This document shows, in pieces, positions 1-6,985 of a stretch of 24,000 nucleotides of DNA (the first letter of the stretch is position 1; every line of letters starts with the position of its first letter). Both the position numbers and the translations under genes were made by a program. Under the pieces are notes generated by a model. It was not told the DNA's origin and did no database searches. It was given only the letters and a program-made list of their open reading frames with translations. The stretch covers positions 130,137-154,136 of the forward strand of contig NZ_BAAANE010000003.1 in assembly GCF_039529635.1 (NCBI RefSeq). The letters are read 5' to 3'. This stretch comes from Kribbella alba. Lineage in GTDB: Bacteria > Actinomycetota > Actinomycetes > Propionibacteriales > Kribbellaceae.

Positions 1-566
1 CCAGCCCCGCGACCTGGGTCCGGACCGCCATCAACCATCGCGAACCGGAGCAGGCCGTGCGCGACATCACCCGGCGCTTCCTCACCGCGTACGGCCCCGC
101 GACTCCTGCGGATCTCGGCCGCTGGTGGCTCGGACCGCCGGCGCCGCGCCGCACGGCGCGCATGCTTGCGAGCCTGGCCGAAGAGACGACCCAGGTGGAC
201 GTGGACGGCACCAAGGCTCTGGTTCTGACCGACGACCTCGACGAACTGCGGTCCGCCCAACCGCTGGAGGTCACCAGGCTGCTGCCGGCCTTCGATCCGT
301 GGGTCATCGGAGCGGCGCGACACTCACCACTGATGCCTTCCGGCGACGTACGACGGATCTTTCGTCCGCAGGGCTGGGTATCACCGACGCTGCTGGTCGA
401 CGGCCGAATCGCCGGCGTCTGGCGGCACGAACGAAAGGGACAGCGCCTTGTCGTGGAGTTGGAGCCGTTCGGTCGGCTGGCAGCGCGGGCGCGACAGGGT
501 CTTGAAGCGGAAGCCGAACGCCTCGCAGGCTTCCTCTCCGGACAGCTCGACGTGAACTGGAGCTGA
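1..566 (+). CDS. Winged-helix DNA-binding domain protein, YcaQ/AlkZ (DUF1006) family, C-terminal part; 5' end lies outside the window
   Basis: The reading frame is open from nt 3 (SPATWVRTAINHREPEQAVRDITRRFLTAYGPATPADLGRWW...), so the listed GTG at 57 is probably internal. The C-terminal pattern (FDPWVIG, LLVDGRIAGVWRHERKG..LVVELEPF) recalls the YcaQ/AlkZ family from memory. Confidence 0.65.
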   Translation, partial: SPATWVRTAINHREPEQAVRDITRRFLTAYGPATPADLGRWWLGPPAPRRTARMLASLAEETTQVDVDGTKALVLTDDLDELRSAQPLEVTRLLPAFDPWVIGAARHSPLMPSGDVRRIFRPQGWVSPTLLVDGRIAGVWRHERKGQRLVVELEPFGRLAARARQGLEAEAERLAGFLSGQLDVNWS

Positions 567-636
567 CCTCGCATGGATGGGCGCCCAGGGGGTACTGCGG
601 CGTCGGCCGAGTGTGCTGATCAGGTGGTGACTGAAG

Positions 637-1332
637 ATGAGTGACGAGTGGACCATCGGCGTTCCTGTCCTGTCGCGTGGACGTCACCGCAATGCCCGCA
701 AGGGCGGCTGCTTCATGGAGTTCGCGTCGTACTTGGCCGGCCAACCGTGGTCGGACCACCCCGACTGCACCGACCCGCTGCTGGCTTTGGTCGCGCGTGA
801 GGTCAACGACGAGACCTCCGACCGCGGCCGGACCGAGTTGGCGCCGCTGATCCCGTCAGTCATCGGGGTGACGACCGATGATCCACGACTGCCGCCGGCC
901 CTCGTCGCCCGGTGTGTCCGATTGGTGCTGCCGGTCGTATCCCCGCAATTCCAGTGTGTTCTGGCGGTTGCCTTGTTGTCTGCCGAGCACGTCCTGGCCC
1001 AGCTCGAGCACAGGCCGCGCGGCGATATCCGGGCAGCCAGCGTGCAGGCACTGAACGAAGTACCGGTGGCTCGGAGCTGGGCGGAAGCCTTCATCGCGGA
1101 TCGCACGCCATCCTGCTACTCGCGCTATGCGAGCCGTTACGCACCGCGTGCGCTTGCCGGTGCTGTTCGAGCGGTCACTGATTTCCGTACTCCGAACGCG
1201 GACCAGCTGCTACGACAGTTGTTGGTCGAGTCCATCGACGAGTGTCACCAGTGGATGCCAACCGCCGGGCCCAAGCTCAGCGGGCCGGCACAATCTCTGC
1301 AGGGAGGATCAGCGTCGGCACGGAGCTCGTGA
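637..1332 (+). CDS. Conserved hypothetical protein (231 aa), function unknown
   Basis: Long ORF with a third-position G+C bias typical of real genes here. The N-terminal motif RGRHRNARKGGCFMEFASYLAGQPWSDHPDCTDPLL resembles a recurrent actinobacterial hypothetical family. I recognise no domain. Confidence 0.6.
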   Translation: MSDEWTIGVPVLSRGRHRNARKGGCFMEFASYLAGQPWSDHPDCTDPLLALVAREVNDETSDRGRTELAPLIPSVIGVTTDDPRLPPALVARCVRLVLPVVSPQFQCVLAVALLSAEHVLAQLEHRPRGDIRAASVQALNEVPVARSWAEAFIADRTPSCYSRYASRYAPRALAGAVRAVTDFRTPNADQLLRQLLVESIDECHQWMPTAGPKLSGPAQSLQGGSASARSS

Positions 1333-1415
1333 TCCTGAGCAGCGCAGGCCCACCGCAGTGGACTACCTGGTTTCAAACCGCTGGGTGTCTCAAAAGGGTG
1401 GATAGTGAGCCTTAG

Positions 1416-1498
1416 GTGACCGGCCGCGCTTGCCCCAGTGTCGTCCCCCCGGAGCTGGGGCAACCCCCCGGCGGGGCTGGTCACCGTGCTATCCGGTG
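1416..1498 (+). other. Nested GC-rich stem-loops with two CCCCCCGG repeats, in the 186-bp spacer upstream of the 1519 gene
   Basis: Outer stem GTGACCGGCC (1416-1425) pairs with GGCTGGTCAC (1475-1484), 10 bp with one G-U. Inner stem GCCCCAG (1432-1438) pairs with CTGGGGC (1455-1461). C6 runs sit at 1445-1450 and 1464-1469. A third hairpin, CACCG (1482-1486) with CGGTG (1494-1498), lies just 5' of the AAGGAGG Shine-Dalgarno at 1508-1514. Confidence 0.35.
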
Positions 1499-1518
1499 CG
1501 CGCGACCAAGGAGGCCTG

Positions 1519-1977
1519 ATGCAGCTCGCGAGCTACCTCGGCCTCCTCTGGGACTCGGAGGAGTCGTTGGCCAACGCGGCACAGTTGGTCGGCGCACACC
1601 ACGGCGACGAACCGGAGATCGCACACCTCTGCAAGGTCCTCGGCGACCAGTCGGCCGGGCATATGAGTGCCCTGGAGCCCGTCGTCGAACGGTACGGCGA
1701 GCATGACGACCCCGAGCCTGGTCGGCTCCAAGCAGCCGAGTTCCGCGGAACCCGCGAGGGGAGCATGGGGCTGCTCCGCGATCTCCAGGACCTTCACGTG
1801 CTGGCGTCTTTCGTCGACGTCACTTGGACCGTTGTCGGCCGAGCCGCCGAAGCTCTGCATGACCACGACCTTGTGACCGTGGTCCGGACCTGCGAGACGG
1901 AGACCGCCCAGCAACTGGCCTGGCTCCGCACCCGGATCAAGGAGGTCGCCCCCAATGCCCTGACTGCGGCCGACTGA
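1519..1977 (+). CDS. Hypothetical protein (152 aa), predicted helical, function unknown
   Basis: The ATG at 1519 is preceded by AAGGAGG (1508-1514), so I prefer it to the listed 1438 start. Codon bias is good. No recognisable domain. Confidence 0.6.
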   Translation: MQLASYLGLLWDSEESLANAAQLVGAHHGDEPEIAHLCKVLGDQSAGHMSALEPVVERYGEHDDPEPGRLQAAEFRGTREGSMGLLRDLQDLHVLASFVDVTWTVVGRAAEALHDHDLVTVVRTCETETAQQLAWLRTRIKEVAPNALTAAD

Positions 1978-2039
1978 CGAGAGCCGGGAGCCGGGAGTTC
2001 AATCGGCGGGTTGATCAGCAGGGCTGTGAGCCGGCCGAC

Positions 2040-2768
2040 TCACGAGCCTGGAGCCGAGGCCGGCTCGAGGCGGACACAGCAGTGGCCGGGCTCCGGCTTG
2101 AGGTGTGCTTGCAGGCGGATGGTGCCCAGGCCGGCGAGGAGTCCGTCGAGCAGGCAGAGGTTCATCTCGCAGACCAGGTCGGTGTGCTGTTTGGCCAGCG
2201 TGTGAAAAGGGCAGTTGCCGAGGACGATTGCGTTCTTGTCAATGCGCGGCTCGAAGCCTTGTTCCTCGAGGATGCGCAGCACGACATCTGGGCCGTTCGC
2301 CTGGCCGATCGCGTCGCGGTCACCGGCGGCGAGCTCGTTTCCGAGTTCACGGGCGCGCCGGTCGAGGGCTGCTCGCGGGGACTCGCCCGACGCTTCGGCG
2401 TCCTCGATCGCTGTCGCGAGCAGGCGTCCCGCCAGGTCGTAGCGGAGTTCCGGCAAGGACACCGAGACGTGGCGCTCCGAGCGACGGTACAGCTTCATCG
2501 GGCGTCCGGCGCCGGGGCCGGACCGGCCGGTGCGGCGCTCGTACATCACCTCGAGCAGGCCCTCGTCGGCCAGCCGGTCGAGGTGGAATGCGGCGGTCGT
2601 GCGTCTCAGACCCAGAGCCGTGGCCGCCTCGTCCCGCGTTACTGGGCCCGTCTGGCGCACCACATGGTCGTACAGCCTGCGCCGCGTCGGCTCCTCCAAC
2701 ACGGCGACCGCCAAGATCCGGGCTTCCCGGGAGTCGTTCACGAGATCGATTCTAAAGCCAACTTCCAT
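2040..2768 (-). CDS. ArsR-like winged-helix transcriptional regulator with a Cys-rich C-terminal domain
   Basis: The N-terminal wHTH (LEEPTRRRLYDHVVRQTGPVTRDEAATALGLRRTTAAFHLDRLADEGLL) is ArsR/SmtB-like. The C-terminal half carries NCPFH, VCEMNLC and HCCV. The start is uncertain: ATG 2768 is chosen, GTG 2741 is possible, and the listed 2849 start would run through the operator and the neighbour's ribosome-binding site. Confidence 0.7.
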   Translation of the reverse strand: MEVGFRIDLVNDSREARILAVAVLEEPTRRRLYDHVVRQTGPVTRDEAATALGLRRTTAAFHLDRLADEGLLEVMYERRTGRSGPGAGRPMKLYRRSERHVSVSLPELRYDLAGRLLATAIEDAEASGESPRAALDRRARELGNELAAGDRDAIGQANGPDVVLRILEEQGFEPRIDKNAIVLGNCPFHTLAKQHTDLVCEMNLCLLDGLLAGLGTIRLQAHLKPEPGHCCVRLEPASAPGS

Positions 2769-2797
2769 TGACGAAAACTCGGGAAGGCTTCTAAAGT
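2768..2797 (+). promoter_or_regulatory. Candidate sigma-70-type promoter for the DoxX-like gene
   Basis: TTGACG (2768-2773), an 18-nt spacer, then TAAAGT (2792-2797, fits TANNNT). The -10 element lies inside the left arm of the operator palindrome. Confidence 0.4.
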
Positions 2798-2819
2798 CAA
2801 AACACATCGACTTTAGAAG
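2788..2819. promoter_or_regulatory. Operator-like perfect inverted repeat in the divergent regulator / DoxX-like spacer
   Basis: CTTCTAAAGTC (2788-2798), a 10-nt spacer, then GACTTTAGAAG (2809-2819), 11/11 complementary. A third copy of the TTCTAAAG half-site is at 2750-2757. This is an AT-rich island in GC-rich DNA. The right arm overlaps the AAGGAG Shine-Dalgarno at 2817-2822. Confidence 0.55.
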
Positions 2820-2830
2820 GAGTGAGTGGA

Positions 2831-3262
2831 ATGACGACTGAAGTGCCAAGCACCCGCACAGCCGGCCCAGGCGCGCTGTCGGACCCGGCGTACCAGGCCT
2901 TCCTGGCCCTCCGAACGGTCTTCACGGTGGCGCCGATCGTGTTCGGTCTGGACAAGTTCGCCAACCTGCTCACCGACTGGCCGGGCTATCTGGCCTCGTG
3001 GGTCAACGAAATCGTTCCAGGCTCCGGGCAGGACGCCATGTATGCCGTCGGGATCATCGAGATCGTGGCCGGCGTGGCTGTCGCGTTGATTCCACGATTC
3101 GGCGGGCTGCTCGTCGCGGCGTGGCTTTCGGGCATCATCGTCAACCTGCTGACGATCCCGGGCTTCTACGACGTCGCGCTGCGCGACTTCGGCCTCCTGG
3201 TCGCCGCGCTGGCGCTGTCTCGTCTCGCCGTCACCTACGCACCCGCCCGACCCGGCTCCTGA
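2831..3262 (+). CDS. DoxX-like small integral membrane protein (143 aa)
   Basis: ATG 2831 lies 8 nt after AAGGAG. There are about four hydrophobic segments. The pattern LRTVFTVAPIVFGLDKF resembles the DoxX-family N-terminus from memory. Confidence 0.55.
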   Translation: MTTEVPSTRTAGPGALSDPAYQAFLALRTVFTVAPIVFGLDKFANLLTDWPGYLASWVNEIVPGSGQDAMYAVGIIEIVAGVAVALIPRFGGLLVAAWLSGIIVNLLTIPGFYDVALRDFGLLVAALALSRLAVTYAPARPGS

Positions 3263-3288
3263 GCCTCTGTTGCCCTGGGCAAGGACAT

Positions 3289-3499
3289 CGCCTGACCGAT
3301 GACGGGAGCGAGTTCGCGGCGGACGCGGTCGTCGTGGGATCGGCGCGATCCCCAAGATCGGTCTCTCAGAACAGGCGGAGCTGAGCTGTGGGACGAAGGC
3401 ATCGCGCCCGTCCAGGAACTGATCCGCAGCCGGCAACTGGTCGATCCGGATCGGCTTGCGGACACGTCGGTGCCACTGGCGTCGCATGTCATGGTCTAG
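3289..3499 (+). pseudogene. Remnant of a ferredoxin/rubredoxin-reductase-type FAD/NAD(P) oxidoreductase (frameshifted, internally deleted, N-terminus missing)
   Basis: Reading across three frames gives RLTDDGSEFAADAVVV, then GIGAIPKIGLSEQAEL, then ELWDEGIAPVQELIRSRQLVDPDRLADTSVPL. These match the DG..L.AD.V..GIG.IPN.ELA..AGL segment and the C-terminal LI......P..L.D.SVPL segment of putidaredoxin-reductase-like enzymes. The first join needs one extra G at about 3336-3338. About 120 aa between the two segments are absent. Confidence 0.5.
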
Positions 3500-3597
3500 C
3501 CGCGACGAACCACCCTGCCCCTGGCGGCAACCGCCAGCACATAGCGAGCGAGCCCCGGGGGCGTGGAGCACTGCATGGTCGTGCCTAGGCTCCTGCC

Positions 3598-4128
3598 ATG
3601 GATACGCTTTTGGAGCGGGTGTTCCTCCGCCCGCTCGTCTTGTCAGATGTGGAGACGTATGCGTCCTGGGGTCTGGACCGCGCCTTCTGCGAGCACGCCG
3701 GGTGGACCGTTGACCTGCCTTTGGCCGCCCACCAGGCGCACTGGCACACGTTGGTCGCGCAGCCGAGACTGGACCATACGCGCCTCGCGGCAGTTGCCGG
3801 AGTTCAGCTGGTGGGCTACGTCGATTTCGCCGGTGACGAGCCGGATCGACGCGAGCTGGGCTACGCCATCGGACCGTCTGAGCGCTGGGGCCAAGGTCTG
3901 GGAGGGACCGTTGCACGACTAGGCGTCGAGCACGGCTTCCACCAACTGGGGTTCCGTGAGATCTGGGCTGAAGCAATAGACGCGAATCGCGCGTCAGTTC
4001 GCATCCTCACTTCTCTCGGGATGACCGAGACCGGCAGAGGCCAGGCAGAGTCGTTCCTGGGGACTGCAAGCTTCTACCGGCAGTTCTCCATCACCACGGC
4101 CGAGTGGAGACGCCAGACCACGTCCTGA
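3598..4128 (+). CDS. GNAT family N-acetyltransferase (RimJ/RimL-like)
   Basis: 176-aa ORF. It shows the typical LRPL..D motif near the N-terminus, the ELGYAIGPSERWGQGLG acetyl-CoA pocket motif and the C-terminal N.AS.R.L..LGM motif. Confidence 0.75.
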   Translation: MDTLLERVFLRPLVLSDVETYASWGLDRAFCEHAGWTVDLPLAAHQAHWHTLVAQPRLDHTRLAAVAGVQLVGYVDFAGDEPDRRELGYAIGPSERWGQGLGGTVARLGVEHGFHQLGFREIWAEAIDANRASVRILTSLGMTETGRGQAESFLGTASFYRQFSITTAEWRRQTTS

Positions 4129-4249
4129 CGATCCGGCGAAGGCGGTGGTGCCGCTCAGGGGGAGTGCTGGGCCGCTGGTTCCTGAGGCCTCAAGTCAGGC
4201 AGCCGAAATACAGTGGCGCAGGGGTGCGGACGACGTCACTCTGGATGGC

Positions 4250-4771
4250 ATGCAGCTCACCTTCCAGCATGATCCGCGCGGCGAGAGCCTCACGCTGATC
4301 CGGCGGGCGGACGGCGCGGTCTTCACCCTCTCGTCGTACTCGCGCAAGTGGCGCGTACCTCACGACCTCTCCCACGCCGTGACCGAACGAGAGCTCGGCA
4401 TGGCCGACGGAATCTTCGGCTGCATCGCGGCAGGCGCGGTGTTCGACACCATGCGCCAGATCGAGGGCAAGAAGCGCCACGACGCCAAGGTCCGCAGTGC
4501 CCGCATTCTGAAAGCCGCGCAGAACCTCGGCTGGACGGAGGCGATCTCGGCAGTCATCCATAAAGCTGTTGAAACTCGCCGGCCGACGCCCTACGCCCAA
4601 GCCCGCGAAGCGTGGGGTATCGCCGCCCAGGATCCCTATCCCTATCTCGACGAAGACATCCGCCGGGCCACGACGACTCTGCGCGAACTGGGCGAACTAT
4701 GGAGCGCCGGCTCCGAACCCCTTGAGTTCCCCTGGCCAGACAGACTGCGTGCGACCGAACCGAGGCGCTAG
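4250..4771 (+). CDS. Hypothetical protein (173 aa), function unknown
   Basis: Very strong third-position G+C bias. ATG 4250 is chosen (MQLTFQHDP...). The listed upstream start at 4145 adds a low-complexity leader. No recognised domain. Confidence 0.55.
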   Translation: MQLTFQHDPRGESLTLIRRADGAVFTLSSYSRKWRVPHDLSHAVTERELGMADGIFGCIAAGAVFDTMRQIEGKKRHDAKVRSARILKAAQNLGWTEAISAVIHKAVETRRPTPYAQAREAWGIAAQDPYPYLDEDIRRATTTLRELGELWSAGSEPLEFPWPDRLRATEPRR

Positions 4772-5048
4772 GCGTCTCGCCGCGCGACGCGGGAGTAGAT
4801 ATCGCGGCTGCGTGGTCAGCGGGTGTAGCGGCGGTCAGCAGGCTCAGGTTCGACATAGCCAAGGCGAGGGCGATCACGGACGGGATCTGTCCGCTATCTA
4901 CGCAAGGCTGAAGCCGTGACCGACCAGACCTGGAATCCTTTCCGCGACCAACTCGCCCACCACTGGACCGCCCGACGACCGGCCCAGCTCGACGGCGTCC
5001 CCGACGATGAGTACATCTATCTGCACACTCATGGAAAGGAGCAGTGAG

Positions 5049-5486
5049 ATGGCACGCGAGATCCAGGTGACGTTCGACTGCGCCGACCCGGGCGCGCTGG
5101 CACCGTTCTGGGCGGAGGCGCTCGGCTACCGGGTGCAGGAACCGCCGGGGAACTTCGACTCCTGGGACGAGGCGCTGGCGGCGATGGGCGTGCCCCCGGA
5201 ACGCCGTAACGACGCGTCGGCGGTTGTGGACCCCGATGGCGCCGGCCCTCGCCTCTTCTTCCAGCAGGTGCCCGAAGGCAAGGAGACCAAGAATCGGGTG
5301 CACCTAGACGTCCGGGCGGCGCCTGGCCTCGAGGGCGAACAGCGGATGGCAGCCCTCGAGGCCGAGTGCGACCGGCTGGTGGCCCTCGGCGCCAGCCGAG
5401 TCCGCCGCTTCGAGCCCGATCCGCCTCTCGGCGCCGGCTTCATCGTGATGACCGACCCCGAGGGCAACGAGTTCTGCCTGGACTGA
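5049..5486 (+). CDS. VOC (glyoxalase/bleomycin-resistance/dioxygenase fold) family protein
   Basis: ATG 5049 follows GGAAAGGAG. Motifs: VTFDCADPGALAPFWAEALGY, RLFFQQVPE.K..KNRVHLDV and MTDPEGNEFCL, typical of glyoxalase-like-domain proteins. Confidence 0.75.
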   Translation: MAREIQVTFDCADPGALAPFWAEALGYRVQEPPGNFDSWDEALAAMGVPPERRNDASAVVDPDGAGPRLFFQQVPEGKETKNRVHLDVRAAPGLEGEQRMAALEAECDRLVALGASRVRRFEPDPPLGAGFIVMTDPEGNEFCLD

Positions 5487-5566
5487 CCTCACGGTCGCCA
5501 CCCCGACACGGGAACGCTGGTGAGCCCAGCGACCCTGGCTGCTTCAGCGTCAGACCGACTGAGCTG

Positions 5567-6313
5567 TCACCGGAGTTCGCCCCGTTCCAATGGGTCTACG
5601 GGGATCTCGTCGGGTCGGAACCGCAGCGTGCGGAAGACAGCGGCGGCGTCTAGCTCCAGATGCTCGGGATCCAACTCTATGCCGAGCTCGTCCTCGACGT
5701 CCTCGGCGGCGCCGATGAGTACGACCTCCGCCCCGGGCTGGTCGAGGAAGCGTGGGTCGTCGACCGGAGCGAACCGTCGGCCTCTGAACCGCTCCATCAG
5801 CTCGGGCGGGTACTGCGCGCGGGCGTGCGGGGGCAGACCCCTGCCGGGTGGTGTCGCGGCTTCGGGATTTCGGATCGCCATCACGAAGCTCGCCTCGGGA
5901 CGGACACCGAACGTCGCCTGGGCGGGACCGGGCTCACGTGGCAGCTCGAGTACGTACGCGAGGTGCGTATGGCCTTCGTGGTCCACGATTGCGTACCGGC
6001 CTTCACCGACCGGACGCGCCTCGGGCTCCACCCGGGTCCCGCGGGTGTTGGTCTCGTACTCCCGCCGCTCGAGGTCTTCCTTGAGCTTTTCCGGATCGTC
6101 GACCACTTCGTAGACGAACGCCCACTCGCGCTCGTGGTGGTCCGGCTCGGGGAGGCGTTTCCGGCCGACAATCACCCTCCGGTACCTTCGCTTCCGGTCG
6201 GGTTTCAGGATGAAGGAGAACCGGGCCACGTCGCCGAGCCCCCTGACCTCCTCGACCCCGACCCGAGGTTGGTAGAAGAAGAAGATCTCACCCTGCTCGA
6301 GGATTCGACTCAC
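5567..6313 (-). CDS. Conserved hypothetical protein (248 aa), function unknown
   Basis: GTG start at 6313 with good codon bias. Motifs EQGEIFFFYQPRV, GRKRLPEP, EGRYAIVDHEGHTHLAYVLELP and RRFAPVDDPRFLD recall a widespread uncharacterised family. Confidence 0.65.
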   Translation of the reverse strand: MSRILEQGEIFFFYQPRVGVEEVRGLGDVARFSFILKPDRKRRYRRVIVGRKRLPEPDHHEREWAFVYEVVDDPEKLKEDLERREYETNTRGTRVEPEARPVGEGRYAIVDHEGHTHLAYVLELPREPGPAQATFGVRPEASFVMAIRNPEAATPPGRGLPPHARAQYPPELMERFRGRRFAPVDDPRFLDQPGAEVVLIGAAEDVEDELGIELDPEHLELDAAAVFRTLRFRPDEIPVDPLERGELR

Positions 6314-6687
6314 ACCGGCTGAGTGCCCAGGAGACCGCGGACCATTCGCCGTTCTACCGCTCCTACCAGAGCGGACCGCGAACCGGCCGCGAAATACCGC
6401 AGTACCACATTTGCCGGCTGCAGGTGTCGGGCCAGTCGAAGGTCATCGATGACACGGTCGCTGCCGCCATGAAGGCAAGGGTTGCGATGACGAACAGGCC
6501 GCCTACGACCTGCGAGGCTCCCCGCGACGACGCAGCCGATGGAACAGTTGCGGCGACGGATCGCTGACACCTCTGCTCTGCGCCCCATGCGTCACCCGGA
6601 TTCCTTCACCGCCGCGCACGAACTGTCAAGAAGTCTGCAGGGAGAGGCAACTCGCCGTCGCTGCCAATGTTTAGCGTTGATGCAGTA

Positions 6688-6710
6688 GGCCTGCCAGATA
6701 TCGGCAGGCC
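6688..6710. repeat. Isolated hairpin/inverted repeat in a 670-bp gene-poor gap
   Basis: GGCCTGCC (6688-6695), then agatatc, then GGCAGGCC (6703-6710), 8/8 complementary. Confidence 0.3.
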
Positions 6711-6985
6711 GGGCACATCGGCGTACGGCGCTATCAGGGCTGCGCTCCGTTCGCTGACGCACTTGGGCGACGGAGCTCAAAGCGGCCGCCGTCCGCGTGG
6801 TCGCACGGCTGCTTAGGACTCGGGACCTCCGATGGCGCGAGCGTAGCCGCGCCGGACACGCTCCTTGACCGAGTCGCCGTAGGAGGACCGTGCTCGCGCC
6901 GCTGCACCAACCCGCCGCGGTGGACCAGAGCATCGATTCGTTGGGGGACATTCCGCGCCGCGGGACCGTTGAGAGGTGGAACCGA

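Noticed and set aside
1979-2000. Short tandem repeat GAGCCGG GAGCCGG GAG after the 1519-1977 gene
   Set aside because: It has only about 2.4 copies of a 7-mer in GC-rich DNA between convergent genes. It is too short to call a functional repeat.
2813-3976. 387-aa minus-strand ORF spanning the DoxX-like gene, the spacer and part of the GNAT gene
   Set aside because: It is Arg/Pro/Gly-rich and low-complexity, and it is antisense to two well-supported genes. This is a typical high-GC shadow ORF with no recognisable motif.
4554-5303. 249-aa minus-strand ORF covering the 4772-5048 spacer
   Set aside because: It is antisense to the ends of two supported genes, is Arg-rich and has no motif.
6310-6588. 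92-aa minus-strand ORF whose stop overlaps the GTG start of the 5567-6313 gene (GTGA), suggesting coupling
   Set aside because: Third-position G+C is only about 64% by hand count and the sequence is Arg-rich with no motif. The overlap is probably fortuitous. It is kept only as part of the gene-poor-gap finding.
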